The translations under genes and the position numbers were made by a program. 64,000 nucleotides of DNA. It comes from a virus. Lineage: Duplodnaviria > Heunggongvirae > Uroviricota > Caudoviricetes. A model generated the notes under the pieces. That model ran no database searches. It saw only the letters and a program-made list of their open reading frames with translations, and was not told the origin of the DNA. Of this stretch, positions 8,580-19,043 are shown one piece after another (the first letter of the stretch is position 1; every line of letters begins with the position of its first letter). The DNA lies in IMG/VR virus record IMGVR_UViG_3300028833_000001, positions 191,171 to 255,170 of that record; one strand, written 5' to 3'.

Positions 8580-10457
8580 ATGATAATAGATTATGATGAA
8601 TTGACAAAAGAATACGCGAAATGCTATTCTGACAAATCAAGAATTTATATGATAACTCATTTTTTAAAGACATACGATGCGACTCAAAGTAGAGATGTCT
8701 TATTTAATTTATTTCCTAGACAACAAGATTTATGTAGAGAATTAGGAAATTCAAACAACGTTGTAACAACAAAGCCAAGGCAGGCTGGAATTACCACAAC
8801 AACGGCTGGTTTTCTTAGTTGTGAGATGTGTTTAGCTGATAAAGAATCACCGCAAACAGTATTGGTTATCGGTAATACGTTGGATTTATCTCAATTAATG
8901 TTAATTAAAATTAGAGATTTCTTACTACAATTTCCGTTATGGATGTGGGGCGATGACATTGCATCGCTTGGAGACCCAATGAAACCACCGAAAAACAAAA
9001 ATGTTATTTTTACTACATGTAACACAAAAGAATTAGTTTTGAAAAATGGATGTAGAGTAGTTGCTCGTTCATCTGGACCAGACGCTTCTCGTGGTGTCGG
9101 TGGTGTAACGTGGTTAATATTCGATGAAGCTGCATTTATTGAAAACGGCGTGGATGTATATGCTTCAGCACTTCCAACCGTTTCAACTGGTGGACATATA
9201 GTCATGATTTCTACTCCTAACGGAAAAGATTTATTATACTATGAGACTTGTAGGCTTGCTAAAATGGAGGGCACAATAGACTGGAACGGTTTTAGGCTTG
9301 TTGCACTTAAATGGTTCCAAGACCCAAGATATAATAAATGGCTTGAGTGGACTAAAAAAAACCCAGATACTGGGGAAATTGAAGTTCTTAAGGAGAAATA
9401 TATAGATTCTGAGGGCAATATTACTTATGACGAAGATAGATGGCGTTCATTAGAAAATGATGGGTGGAAGCCTAGGTCTCCATGGTACTTAAACATGTGC
9501 AAAAAATTTAATAATGATTCTCAAAAAATAGCTCAAGAACTTGATGTTTCGTTTCTAGGTTCTGCGTCAAACGTTGTTGAACCAGAATTTATTGAAATGC
9601 AGCGTAATTTGAATCAAAAAGACCCGTTATATTCAGACCCTATTGTTGAAGATACATGGATTTGGAAAGAGCCGATTGAAGGTCATAGATACATTATTAG
9701 TGTTGACTGTTCTCGCGGAGATGCTTCTGACAGAACAGCTATAGAAATAATTGATATGGATGGAATCGATGACGATGGCACTCCTTGTATTGAACAAGTG
9801 CTAGAGTATCACGGAAAACAAACTGGAGACGTTATCGGAGAATTGGCGTATAAATACGGTATGATGTATTTTGAAGCTTTTTGCACTGTTGATTGTATTG
9901 GTGGTACTGGAGATGCTTGCATTTTAACAATGATGAGACTTGGGTATAAAAATTTATACTATGACGACCCAGAGCTTAAAAATTATACAGCACAAAGAGA
10001 AGCTTCATCGCTAAAAAAAACTTCTGAAGAAAAACTTCCTGGATTTCATTGCAATTCTGTTAGATTCCAAATGTTAACAAACTTTGCAAATTTGGTTAAA
10101 ACAAATCAAATTAAATTACGTTCAAAAAGAACTATTAACGAATTAGATACTTGGATTTATAAGGGGGCAGCAGCAAGAATTGACCATCAAGACGGGTGCC
10201 ACGACGACACGCTAACCTGTTTAGCTATGGCGTTGTTTGTAATGACATATTCTATGCAAAAACAAATTAATGCACAGAAAAAAATCAAGGTTAATCTACA
10301 AGCTTGGAGGGGTAACGATACTGTCGATGACAAAACAAAAGGCCGTATCGATATAAAAAACAATAAGAATCCAGATTTATTGCCGTTTTGTTGGACAACC
10401 ACTGTCACTAGAACCAATCAAATTGATGCATATAATTGGTTGCTTCGTGGAATATAA
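8580..10457 (+). CDS. terL: Terminase large subunit (T4 gp17-like)
   Basis: KPRQAGITT (Walker A variant), LIFDEAAF (Walker B), ISTPNG (coupling motif), ISVDCSRG and HDDTL (RNase H-fold nuclease). Confidence 0.93.
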   Translation: MIIDYDELTKEYAKCYSDKSRIYMITHFLKTYDATQSRDVLFNLFPRQQDLCRELGNSNNVVTTKPRQAGITTTTAGFLSCEMCLADKESPQTVLVIGNTLDLSQLMLIKIRDFLLQFPLWMWGDDIASLGDPMKPPKNKNVIFTTCNTKELVLKNGCRVVARSSGPDASRGVGGVTWLIFDEAAFIENGVDVYASALPTVSTGGHIVMISTPNGKDLLYYETCRLAKMEGTIDWNGFRLVALKWFQDPRYNKWLEWTKKNPDTGEIEVLKEKYIDSEGNITYDEDRWRSLENDGWKPRSPWYLNMCKKFNNDSQKIAQELDVSFLGSASNVVEPEFIEMQRNLNQKDPLYSDPIVEDTWIWKEPIEGHRYIISVDCSRGDASDRTAIEIIDMDGIDDDGTPCIEQVLEYHGKQTGDVIGELAYKYGMMYFEAFCTVDCIGGTGDACILTMMRLGYKNLYYDDPELKNYTAQREASSLKKTSEEKLPGFHCNSVRFQMLTNFANLVKTNQIKLRSKRTINELDTWIYKGAAARIDHQDGCHDDTLTCLAMALFVMTYSMQKQINAQKKIKVNLQAWRGNDTVDDKTKGRIDIKNNKNPDLLPFCWTTTVTRTNQIDAYNWLLRGI

Positions 10458-10466
10458 ACTATTTAT
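10458..10466 (+). promoter_or_regulatory. Putative late promoter ACTATTTAT
   Basis: Abuts the terL stop, core 27 nt before ATG 10486. Confidence 0.6.
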
Positions 10467-10485
10467 GGTAAATATATTTTGATAT

Positions 10486-11622
10486 ATGACAAAAATGACT
10501 GAAGAAATCCAAAACCTATTTAAAAAGGTTAGACGTATATTAGGAGCACCAGTTAGAAGCGTTGAATTAACTGATGAACAATTATGTGATTTATTGCAAG
10601 TTGCCATAGAAGATTATGGAGAAAAAGTTTTAAACGAGATAATTGATAATAATTGGATGGCTTTTTACGGAAAAAACACGGCAAATGCACAGGAATTAGC
10701 TTTTGGGTTTATGACGCGAAGTTTGGATTTAAGTAAAGAGTATTCATATTGGTTTTCTAAGGAAGTTGGATTACAGCAAAATGGACCTTGGGAACTTAAA
10801 AAAGATTTCATTACTATTGAACGCGGTAAGCAGGTATATGTAATTCCAGCTGGAAGGACGGTTAATAGAGTTATGTATGTTAATCCTCCGATGACCGACA
10901 TGGCCATGTTTGCAAATTATATGGGTGGTGGCGTAGGATTCATGCCAGGACTTGGCCAAGTTGGCGCTGGTTATGGATATGGAGCTGGAATGGGCGGATT
11001 TTATACAACCCAAGCCGCAGATGTTGCGTATATGGCATCAGACCTTAATTTTAAAAGTAGTTTATTCCGTGGCGATTTGACTTATAAAGTTACTGCTGGA
11101 CCAGATGGAACACATCTTTTACATTTAATTTCTACACCTGGAAGTAGGTTGTCGTTTGGGTTTGGTGGACACATGAACGGAAGTATCGGCTTGATAGGCT
11201 GCGAAGTATGGTATACATATTATGATACAACGCCAGAAACTGAAGATGAGTGTATGAGATTTCATGCTGATGACGTTATATTGAGTCCTTATCAGGTGCC
11301 AATGGAAAATCTTGATTATTTATATTTAAACGAGCCAGCAAAAGTTATTGTTAGACAATTGCTTGTTGCTAAGGCAAAACAAACGTTAGGACTTATAAGG
11401 GGTAAATTTAGCGGTAAGGTTAATATTCCACAGGCAGAAATGACAATGGATTATCAAATGCTTTTACAGCAAGGTAAAGAAGAATACGATGCAGCCATGG
11501 AAGCGCTTACTAAACGTCTTGAGCGTTTGCGTCCAGCTAATATGATTGAAGAACAAGCTAAGCTGGTTGAGAATAATGTCAAACTATTGCAATATGTTCC
11601 TCTTGGAATTTATGTAAAATAA
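10486..11622 (+). CDS. Neck protein (T4 gp13-like)
   Basis: LGAPVRSVELTDEQL N-terminus, LIRGKFSG...G..EY C-terminus, position between terminase and portal. Confidence 0.75.
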   Translation: MTKMTEEIQNLFKKVRRILGAPVRSVELTDEQLCDLLQVAIEDYGEKVLNEIIDNNWMAFYGKNTANAQELAFGFMTRSLDLSKEYSYWFSKEVGLQQNGPWELKKDFITIERGKQVYVIPAGRTVNRVMYVNPPMTDMAMFANYMGGGVGFMPGLGQVGAGYGYGAGMGGFYTTQAADVAYMASDLNFKSSLFRGDLTYKVTAGPDGTHLLHLISTPGSRLSFGFGGHMNGSIGLIGCEVWYTYYDTTPETEDECMRFHADDVILSPYQVPMENLDYLYLNEPAKVIVRQLLVAKAKQTLGLIRGKFSGKVNIPQAEMTMDYQMLLQQGKEEYDAAMEALTKRLERLRPANMIEEQAKLVENNVKLLQYVPLGIYVK

Positions 11623-11625
11623 TTT

Positions 11626-11913
11626 TTATGCTTGTGCAGATATAATTGTCCCAGCAGCAATATAATCTTTGCAAGATGTAGATGTAGATGTACAATCACA
11701 TAACATAGTTGGTGCTTCTATTCCTGGGCACCATTTTTTGTTAGTATCACTATATAATATTTCATGTAAGGCTAATAATTCAGCCAAAATTCTTTTATCT
11801 AATGACATATATTTTTCAATTTTAGATATAAAAGTATCTCTTGAAAATAGCTTTGCTATGGTTTCTTCTGTTTTTTTCATTTTTTTATTAAAAAAATAAA
11901 AAACGTAAAGCAT
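11626..11913 (-). CDS. Small hypothetical protein (uncertain)
   Basis: 95-aa ATG ORF filling the neck-portal gap; Cys-rich C-terminus; no recognisable motif. Confidence 0.4.
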   Translation of the reverse strand: MLYVFYFFNKKMKKTEETIAKLFSRDTFISKIEKYMSLDKRILAELLALHEILYSDTNKKWCPGIEAPTMLCDCTSTSTSCKDYIAAGTIISAQA

Positions 11914-11945
11914 AAAGTCAATGTATTAGTAATAAAGCTTATCAG

Positions 11946-11954
11946 ACTATTTAT
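11946..11954 (+). promoter_or_regulatory. Putative late promoter ACTATTTAT (portal)
   Basis: Recurrent motif, about 90 nt before ATG 12038, farther than most copies. Confidence 0.45.
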
Positions 11955-12037
11955 TTGAAGAAATACAATTCACTTTTTATTGAAAATAAGTATATTATAT
12001 TGATGGAATAATAGATAAAAATTAAAATTTACATATA

Positions 12038-14005
12038 ATGGCAAACAACAATTTGACCATATTTCAACGATTGGACAAAGCATTTAGGTCCCCAAACAGA
12101 GTTGGTATATCTGATGACCTCCTTACAAGCAAAGGTGACGGTAATCGTGTATTATATACAACAAACGATAAAGCTGATTACGAAAAACAACTTGCGTCGT
12201 TACAACAACAGAAATATTTAGCTTATCAATGGAAAAAGGCTGGGGCTGATAATGCAATGGCAAGCCTTACTGGCTATACAGCCGTAAAATTAATGTATAG
12301 GGACGTCGATTTAATGGATGGAACTCCAGAAATAGGAACAGCATTAGATATTGTTTCTGAAGAGGTTTGTCCAATAACATCAGACGGTACTATGTTGGTT
12401 ATAGAATCAAAATCTAAAAGAATAAAGGCTATATTAGATGATTTATTTGTAAATAGATTACATATCTACACAGACTTACCAATGATTGCCAGACACGTGG
12501 CAAAATACGGTAACACGTTTGAATTATTAAATATATCAAAAAACGATGGAATTCTTGGTTGGATGATGCTTCCAGTTTATGAAGTTGATAGAATCGAAAA
12601 TGGTTATGGGGCATCGTATGCTACAGCATTTGGTGGTACAAGCGAGATAAAACCAGATGAAGTTGAATTTGTATGGCTTGGGCATAATCAAAATAACCCG
12701 TATAAAAATTGGCAAGTGGCACATTTTAGACTACTTAACGATTCGTTCTTCTTACCTTATGGTGTATCAATGTTACATAAAGCCAGAAGGGCCTGGAGAA
12801 TGTGGTCAATGATGGAAGACGCAATGCTTATTTGGCGGTTAGATAAAGCTATCGAAAGAAGAGTTTTTAAAATATATGTAGGTAATCTTGATACCAGTGA
12901 CGTTCAAGCACTTATAGATGACATAGCAAATAGATTTAAAAGGACAGAAATTATAGACCCAGCAACTGGACAAGTAGATTTGAGAAAAAATTTTCTTGAC
13001 GTAACTAGAGATTTTTTTATTCCAGTGCGTAATGAAGGTGCCGCTAGCCCTATAGAAAACCTTCCTGCTGGAAATAGCCAGATACAAATGGAAGATATTG
13101 AGTACATGCAAGAAAAAATGCTTTGCGCTATGAGGGTACCAAAAACATTCTTAAATTTTCAAGAAGCTAATGGTAAAGGCCAAAATTTATCGTTCATTGA
13201 TGTTAGATTTTCTAGAATGATTAATAGAATACAACAATTCATATTAATGGAACTCAATAAAATAGCTATGATACATTTATACCTGATGGGTATTAGAGAT
13301 GACATAACTAATTTTAAATTATCATTGCATAATCCTTCATCACAAATAGAAACACAAGAACTTGATGATTTAACTAAACGAATTTCTACAATGCAAACAG
13401 CATTGGCTGACCCAGGAAACGGAATACCAATGCTTTCATTACATAAAGCTCTTCGAGACATAATGAAGATGAAAGATTCGGAAATAAAAGATATGCTTAA
13501 TGAAATTAGATTAGAAAAGGCTATGGCAGCTGAACTTGCTATGACCGCAAATATCATTAAGAAAACTGGTATTTTTGATAGTGTGGATAGATTATATGGC
13601 GACTTTAATATAGTTAATGGTGACGCCCCACAGCCACAACAACAACAAGAAGGAGAAGATGGAGGACTTGGTGGGTTTGGCGGTCTTGGAGGAGGCGGCG
13701 GCGATTCTATGATTGGTGACGATTTCGGTGGTGATATGGACTTTGGAGGTCCAGATGATAGCGGCGTTGGTGATATAGGCGGTACTTCTGGAAGTGCTCC
13801 TATGGATTCAGCGCCTGATGTGGACGCTGGCACACCATTGATGGAAAGAAAACATGTTAAATCGTTCATTGGCGAATATCTTGACATGTTATCAAAAAAT
13901 GATGCACCAATATCTGACAAAGCATTTGATTTTACTTCTTTAACTGAAGTTCTTAATGAAAATGCTACTAAAATTATAGACAATGTTAAACAACTTGGTG
14001 ATTAA
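12038..14005 (+). CDS. Portal protein (T4 gp20-like)
   Basis: PEIGTALDIVSEE, VAHFRLL, PYGVSML.KARRAWR, IERRVFKIYVGN, EDIEY, D.RFSRMINRIQ; Gly/Asp-rich tail. Confidence 0.92.
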   Translation: MANNNLTIFQRLDKAFRSPNRVGISDDLLTSKGDGNRVLYTTNDKADYEKQLASLQQQKYLAYQWKKAGADNAMASLTGYTAVKLMYRDVDLMDGTPEIGTALDIVSEEVCPITSDGTMLVIESKSKRIKAILDDLFVNRLHIYTDLPMIARHVAKYGNTFELLNISKNDGILGWMMLPVYEVDRIENGYGASYATAFGGTSEIKPDEVEFVWLGHNQNNPYKNWQVAHFRLLNDSFFLPYGVSMLHKARRAWRMWSMMEDAMLIWRLDKAIERRVFKIYVGNLDTSDVQALIDDIANRFKRTEIIDPATGQVDLRKNFLDVTRDFFIPVRNEGAASPIENLPAGNSQIQMEDIEYMQEKMLCAMRVPKTFLNFQEANGKGQNLSFIDVRFSRMINRIQQFILMELNKIAMIHLYLMGIRDDITNFKLSLHNPSSQIETQELDDLTKRISTMQTALADPGNGIPMLSLHKALRDIMKMKDSEIKDMLNEIRLEKAMAAELAMTANIIKKTGIFDSVDRLYGDFNIVNGDAPQPQQQQEGEDGGLGGFGGLGGGGGDSMIGDDFGGDMDFGGPDDSGVGDIGGTSGSAPMDSAPDVDAGTPLMERKHVKSFIGEYLDMLSKNDAPISDKAFDFTSLTEVLNENATKIIDNVKQLGD

Positions 14006-14008
14006 TAA

Positions 14009-14017
14009 ACTATTTAT
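14009..14017 (+). promoter_or_regulatory. Putative late promoter ACTATTTAT
   Basis: Just after the portal stop, core 25 nt before ATG 14035. Confidence 0.6.
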
Positions 14018-14034
14018 GTGAAAAAAACATTATT

Positions 14035-14943
14035 ATGGAAATTAATATACAATCTTTAAATACAATCCAAGAAATTGAAACATTAAGAAATGAAATTAAT
14101 GAAAAATTAAACGAAAGGCGTTTATTCATTGAGAGTTGTGTAATGGGTGATATGCTCTCAAGAAAGTCTTTTGGCTATATTAAAGAGGCCTTTGAAAATA
14201 TTTCACATCAATTATTTAAAACTAAAGGCGGTAAAAAAATAATTAAAGAGTATGCTGAATTAGTAAAAGGTACGAAAAATTTATCAACACTTCATACTAT
14301 ATATGAAAATTTAAGAAAAGCCGATAAAAACGCTGATATTGATTTCCTAATCGGTAAAATAACTACTACAAATTGGGGACTTGATTTAGCTTCAATTAAT
14401 GAAGACACATATAAATTAGGTAGAATACTTGCAGAAGGTATCATTTATTTGGGAAACGAATGTTATTCATTACTTCCAGAAGAAAATAAAACATATTCTG
14501 ACGCCGTCGAATACATAATTGAAAACAATATAGGCAAAAAAAATATTGTTGATTATAGCAATGCCGTTAAAATAATTAAGGAACACATTTCTCAACGTGA
14601 AAATTCTTCGCAAATAAAATTAAAAAATGTTAATATTGATAATTTAGCTGAGTCATTAATTAAGAATTTTAATGAAAAATATGCCGATGAACTAAGTGAA
14701 ATAGAGATTTCCACTCTTAAAGAACTTTGTGAAAGCGAAAACAGAGAAGATGTTTTTAATAAATATAAACACTCTTGTATAGAATCTTTAAATGCTGCTA
14801 TGAATACATATGCTGATAATAACAACACTGAAGCGGTATCGAAAATGCAAAACTTAATTGAACAAGTATCCAAAAAAGAGTACTCATTAGATACGATAAC
14901 AACTGATATAACTAAATTTGTCGAAATTACTGATATATTTTAA
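14035..14943 (+). CDS. Hypothetical alpha-helical protein, probably head-associated
   Basis: 302-aa ORF directly after the portal with a late motif. Confidence 0.75.
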   Translation: MEINIQSLNTIQEIETLRNEINEKLNERRLFIESCVMGDMLSRKSFGYIKEAFENISHQLFKTKGGKKIIKEYAELVKGTKNLSTLHTIYENLRKADKNADIDFLIGKITTTNWGLDLASINEDTYKLGRILAEGIIYLGNECYSLLPEENKTYSDAVEYIIENNIGKKNIVDYSNAVKIIKEHISQRENSSQIKLKNVNIDNLAESLIKNFNEKYADELSEIEISTLKELCESENREDVFNKYKHSCIESLNAAMNTYADNNNTEAVSKMQNLIEQVSKKEYSLDTITTDITKFVEITDIF

Positions 14944-14949
14944 TTTAAT

Positions 14950-15675
14950 ATGACAAAAATTATATTAACTGAAGCTCAATTTAAACGTTTATTATCAGAA
15001 GAAGCTTATGTACAAGCTTTGTTTGAATCATTTAATGTTCCTATATCGTTTTCTAATTTGAAGCATAAAGTTAAAACTGCTGTTATTGCTGGCGTGGCAT
15101 TAACAACAATTTGTAGTGCAATAAATAAATTACACATGGACAACATAAAAAAGCAGGAATTAATTGAACTGGCAAAAATAGAGGCCGAACAACATAAACA
15201 AGACAGCATTTTTGACGTTAAAGTTGACGCTTGCAGACGATATATGGAATATGCGCTAAATAACCAAAATAAAACGTTAAAAGATACTAAATTAAAACCT
15301 GAAACGTTAGTTAGGTGTGCAATGAAGAATAATTTTGACTTACCGTTTTTAATGGCTGTTGCGCACCAGGAAAGTTGTTTTGGTACTGGGCCAAGGTCTC
15401 TTAGAACTAATAGCGTCTTTTCTGTTGGGTCATACGATGACGGTCGTAATATTTTTACTTATTCCGACCCTAATGAAAGTGTTGAAGATTATATTAAGCT
15501 TTTGAAAAAAGATTATCTTGTTAACGGTAAAACACTTGCTGATTTATTAAAACCAAACTCATTTGTAAATTTCGATGGAAAGCGATACGCCAAAGATAAA
15601 GACTACGAACAAAAAATTCTCAATATACGTAATAGAATTATAAAAAAGTATCCAGAATTAAATACAAATAGTTAA
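14950..15675 (+). CDS. Lysozyme-fold muralytic enzyme (glucosaminidase/SLT-like) with N-terminal head-type leader
   Basis: MAVAHQESCFG (catalytic Glu context), NSVFSVG, YAKDKDYEQKI. N-terminus MTKIILTEAQFKRLLSEE. Confidence 0.65.
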   Translation: MTKIILTEAQFKRLLSEEAYVQALFESFNVPISFSNLKHKVKTAVIAGVALTTICSAINKLHMDNIKKQELIELAKIEAEQHKQDSIFDVKVDACRRYMEYALNNQNKTLKDTKLKPETLVRCAMKNNFDLPFLMAVAHQESCFGTGPRSLRTNSVFSVGSYDDGRNIFTYSDPNESVEDYIKLLKKDYLVNGKTLADLLKPNSFVNFDGKRYAKDKDYEQKILNIRNRIIKKYPELNTNS

Positions 15676-15680
15676 AAAAA

Positions 15681-16067
15681 TTATTTTATTATAATTCTTA
15701 ACTCTTCTTCTATTGGAACAATGAGGTTCCCTTCCTGATACGTTTTACCTTCTGAGATTATATCGCCGTTGAATTTTATTTCAAAAAAACCGCGATAGAA
15801 TCCTTTTTTTTTGACATCTCGTGGTTTCCATTTGTATTGTAATATAAATTTTTCCTCACAACTATTTTCATCTGCTATAACAACATTTGCTTCTTGGTTT
15901 GCGACTTTTAATATTCCAGTCTCTTCGTCAACCATGCTAAAAGTAACAACACTGTCTTGTATTGAGTCGTTAATTAACGATTTTTGAAAATCATATCTAC
16001 CATCGTTAATTAATTCCATTTCCAATACTGGGTTTATTGAGTTTTGATTTATAAAAAATTCTTGCAT
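15681..16067 (-). CDS. Small Ig-like virion protein (BppU N-terminal-like)
   Basis: LQYKW...D.KKKGFYRGFFEIKF...VP pattern; late motif on its strand. Confidence 0.55.
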   Translation of the reverse strand: MQEFFINQNSINPVLEMELINDGRYDFQKSLINDSIQDSVVTFSMVDEETGILKVANQEANVVIADENSCEEKFILQYKWKPRDVKKKGFYRGFFEIKFNGDIISEGKTYQEGNLIVPIEEELRIIIK

Positions 16068-16084
16068 TATAGTTTAATTTATGT

Positions 16085-16093
16085 ATAAATAGT
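16085..16093 (-). promoter_or_regulatory. Putative late promoter ACTATTTAT (minus strand)
   Basis: ATAAATAGT on the plus strand, 18-26 nt upstream of the 16067 start. Confidence 0.6.
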
Positions 16094-16110
16094 TTACTAG
16101 ATATTAACAT

Positions 16111-16139
16111 TTGACGAATTTTTAAAAAAAACTTATATT
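16111..16139 (+). promoter_or_regulatory. Sigma70-like promoter TTGACG-N17-TATATT
   Basis: Read directly; 17 nt before ATG 16157. Confidence 0.6.
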
Positions 16140-16156
16140 ATTAGTAAACAATAAAC

Positions 16157-16609
16157 ATGAAAAAAATAAATAGTGACATTTCATTTGAAAACAGTGATTT
16201 TAAAATTAAAGTAGGTACTGTAGATAAAAAAAATCCAACAGCATTATATCTAAATATTGGGACTTATGTTACCCCAATAGATAAAACCATAAATTTTAAA
16301 TCTGAAATAGAATCACTTAAAAAAACAATCACAAAGGATGTTGGTGAAATAGTTGAAAAAAGTTCGATTTTACAAAATCAGCACATATTTGTTACTGATA
16401 TAGCTGTAGATAGGTTAGCTTTTGGCAAAAAATCATATTTAGAATTTAATTTATATGTAAAACCAGAACTTTTTGCCATTAAAGCATGTAATAACAATTT
16501 TCACAATGTAGCTAAATTGTTTTACGATAACAGTATCAATAATATTGTTCAAGATGTTTCAGAAAAAATAAAAAAATGTGGGTTTTCATATACAAAAGCC
16601 AAAAAATAA
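16157..16609 (+). CDS. Hypothetical protein, 150 aa
   Basis: Clean ORF with its own promoter. Confidence 0.8.
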   Translation: MKKINSDISFENSDFKIKVGTVDKKNPTALYLNIGTYVTPIDKTINFKSEIESLKKTITKDVGEIVEKSSILQNQHIFVTDIAVDRLAFGKKSYLEFNLYVKPELFAIKACNNNFHNVAKLFYDNSINNIVQDVSEKIKKCGFSYTKAKK

Positions 16610-16628
16610 TACCCATTGTCTAAACAAT

Positions 16629-16637
16629 ACTATTTAT
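16629..16637 (+). promoter_or_regulatory. Putative late promoter ACTATTTAT
   Basis: Core 29 nt before ATG 16659. Confidence 0.6.
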
Positions 16638-16658
16638 ATAGATGAATATTATTAAATT

Positions 16659-18143
16659 ATGATTAGACATTTTTTCTTAGACAAAACAAACACTATAATA
16701 GAAAATAGTAGAAAAAATCTCGGATTAAACCCAATTTTACAAGTAGCATATGGAAATGGGTTAATGAGAGGCCTTTTGCATTTTGATATTAACGAAATAA
16801 AAGAACTTATTGACAATAAAACTTTTCCAGATGTTAGTAAACTGTCATTCAAATTGAAAATGACAAATTGCATGAGTGTTGACGGTGTCCCATATGAAAA
16901 AAGTCTTATTAGAGGTGAAACTAATAAAGCCGTGCGTGCTGGGTCGTTTGATTTGATGTTGTTTAAACTTCCAATAGGGTTTGACGCTGGTCGTGGATTT
17001 GATTTTATTAGTGACTTTTGGATTCATGATAATATGTCATACTCAGAGAATGGTTCAAATTGGTTTTTCGCTAAAAATGGTATTACTTGGCCAATTGATG
17101 ACGAAAAAATAAACTTGTGCGATGAAAATTTGGATTGGGATTTAGTTAAATATCATAAAATAGATTTAACTGGAGGAATAGTTCCAGCATCATATCTTAT
17201 AGATGAATTTAATAAATTCATTAAAAATGAAAAATCAATCATTGTTGGGGCACAACATTTTGATTTTGGAAACGAAAATTTGTCTATTGACATTACAGAT
17301 TATGTTTTAGAATGTATTAGTACTGGAGTTAATAATGGTCTATGTCTTGCATTTTCTCCGTTATACGAAAATACTGAAACAGACGTGCAACAATATGTTG
17401 GTTTTTTTAACGACAATACAAACACTTTTTTCCATCCGTATGTTGAAGCAACTTATTGCGATTTTGTATTTGATAATCGTGAAAATTTTACGTTGGGAAA
17501 AGATAATAATTTATGTCTATATGTGTCTGATAATGGCGTGCCAGTAAATCTTGACGATATACCAACTTGTTCGATTGACGGTAATGAGTTTGCCGTAAAA
17601 CAAATCACAAAAGGCGTTTATTCCGCCAATATTAAAGCGAATGAAATTAATCTGGAACCAGACTCCATATATTATGACTTATGGTCTAAATTAGCCTTAA
17701 ATGGCGTTAAATTGGACGATGTTGAATTGGAGTTTACAACCAATAAACAAATAAGAAAAATTTCAATAGGAAGTAATTCTGATATTAAAAAGACTCTTGT
17801 TCCTTCGATTTATGGTATAAATATGGGTGAAGGATTGCATAGGGGTGAGGTTAGAGAAGTATCGGTTGATTTTAGGGAAGAATTTACTCAATCAATTAAA
17901 GAACTTGTCTCTTCTTGTAGATATACGTTATACACAGAAGACGGAAATAGGGTCATAGAGGTATTGCCATACCAACCGATAGAACAGCATTTCCTTAATA
18001 ACTTTTTTATTATTTATACTGAAGATTTAATTCCTGGCGAATACTTTGTCGATATACAAGTTGTATATGGCAGAGAAACTAAATACTATAAAAAAGTACT
18101 TAGATTTAGTGTGTTAAGTGATGTGACTGAACGATATGAATAA
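16659..18143 (+). CDS. Probable virion structural protein, beta-rich/Ig-like
   Basis: 494 aa, beta-strand pattern, late motif, C-terminal LIPGEYFVDI. Confidence 0.65.
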   Translation: MIRHFFLDKTNTIIENSRKNLGLNPILQVAYGNGLMRGLLHFDINEIKELIDNKTFPDVSKLSFKLKMTNCMSVDGVPYEKSLIRGETNKAVRAGSFDLMLFKLPIGFDAGRGFDFISDFWIHDNMSYSENGSNWFFAKNGITWPIDDEKINLCDENLDWDLVKYHKIDLTGGIVPASYLIDEFNKFIKNEKSIIVGAQHFDFGNENLSIDITDYVLECISTGVNNGLCLAFSPLYENTETDVQQYVGFFNDNTNTFFHPYVEATYCDFVFDNRENFTLGKDNNLCLYVSDNGVPVNLDDIPTCSIDGNEFAVKQITKGVYSANIKANEINLEPDSIYYDLWSKLALNGVKLDDVELEFTTNKQIRKISIGSNSDIKKTLVPSIYGINMGEGLHRGEVREVSVDFREEFTQSIKELVSSCRYTLYTEDGNRVIEVLPYQPIEQHFLNNFFIIYTEDLIPGEYFVDIQVVYGRETKYYKKVLRFSVLSDVTERYE

Positions 18144-18169
18144 AAAATGGGGTTTAAGGCCCCATTTTT
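18143..18169. terminator. Bidirectional terminator between convergent genes
   Basis: AAAAATGGGG-TTTAAGG-CCCCATTTTT. Confidence 0.85.
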
Positions 18170-19043
18170 AGTTTATCCTCACAGTATTTGATAACATTTG
18201 TTTATTTTTAAGCGGGTCTGTTGCCGCGTTGTTTATGTCTTCAACAAATTTTTTATTTGGTGGCAAACCAGAAAAATTATGTGTGTGTTGTGAAAATACT
18301 TCAACAAATTTTAATAAAAACTCCACCAATTTTTCGCCATAAGGCAATTTATACCCTTCTTCGATTAATTCTTCCAATTTTTCTTTAGACACAAGTTCTT
18401 TTCTGTCTGAAGCTATGTTGTTTGTGTTTCCATTTTGTGAATTTGATAAAAGAAATATTTTATCAGCGTCAATTACAATTGAACTTTTATTTCCTTTAAT
18501 CGGTTCATTTTGATTATAATTTAATTTGATAAATGCTGGATTTTTATCGTTATATGAAATGTTTGTTGGGTCAAGATTGTTAACATTTTTAACTCCAGCC
18601 CTAATTCTTATATCATTATCTTTTAAAATAATGTCACAATTTTTTCTACCAAGAATTGCTATGTCTTCCTTGTCTGGAAAAACACCGTTTAGTTCTGGAT
18701 TAGTACTTGGTGCTTTACTATAATCGTTTGGTGTTGTAGGAAATATTTTATCACTTCCAAGTTCATATCCTTCTGAAAATAAATGAGTTAATTGCGATAT
18801 TAATGGGCCTATATAATATCTCCTACTTGCTGCGTTGTTAAAATCTGATAATAAAACTAATGCAGCCTCCCCAATCTTTGGTTGTATGTAAAAATGTTTT
18901 GGCGATAAAGGAAACGCAAACGGTATTTCATCATCAGTTTTGTCGTTATCTTCTGGGGATATTAGAATTTTTATTCTCCCAGCATCCAAATCATCTCTTG
19001 TTTCTATAACAGTTCCTACTCTTACCCCTAATTGTACTGCCAT
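18168..19043 (-). CDS. Baseplate central spike (gp5/gpV-like OB fold with HxH apex)
   Basis: GTVIETRDDLDAGRIKI...PL.P...QPKIGEA.LV at the N-terminus; QHTHNF near the C-terminus. Confidence 0.75.
   Translation of the reverse strand: MAVQLGVRVGTVIETRDDLDAGRIKILISPEDNDKTDDEIPFAFPLSPKHFYIQPKIGEAALVLLSDFNNAASRRYYIGPLISQLTHLFSEGYELGSDKIFPTTPNDYSKAPSTNPELNGVFPDKEDIAILGRKNCDIILKDNDIRIRAGVKNVNNLDPTNISYNDKNPAFIKLNYNQNEPIKGNKSSIVIDADKIFLLSNSQNGNTNNIASDRKELVSKEKLEELIEEGYKLPYGEKLVEFLLKFVEVFSQHTHNFSGLPPNKKFVEDINNAATDPLKNKQMLSNTVRIN

Noticed and set aside
13159-13983. 274-aa antisense ORF opposite the portal gene
   Set aside because: Pro/Ser-rich mirror of the Gly/Asp-rich portal tail; no motif, promoter or start context.
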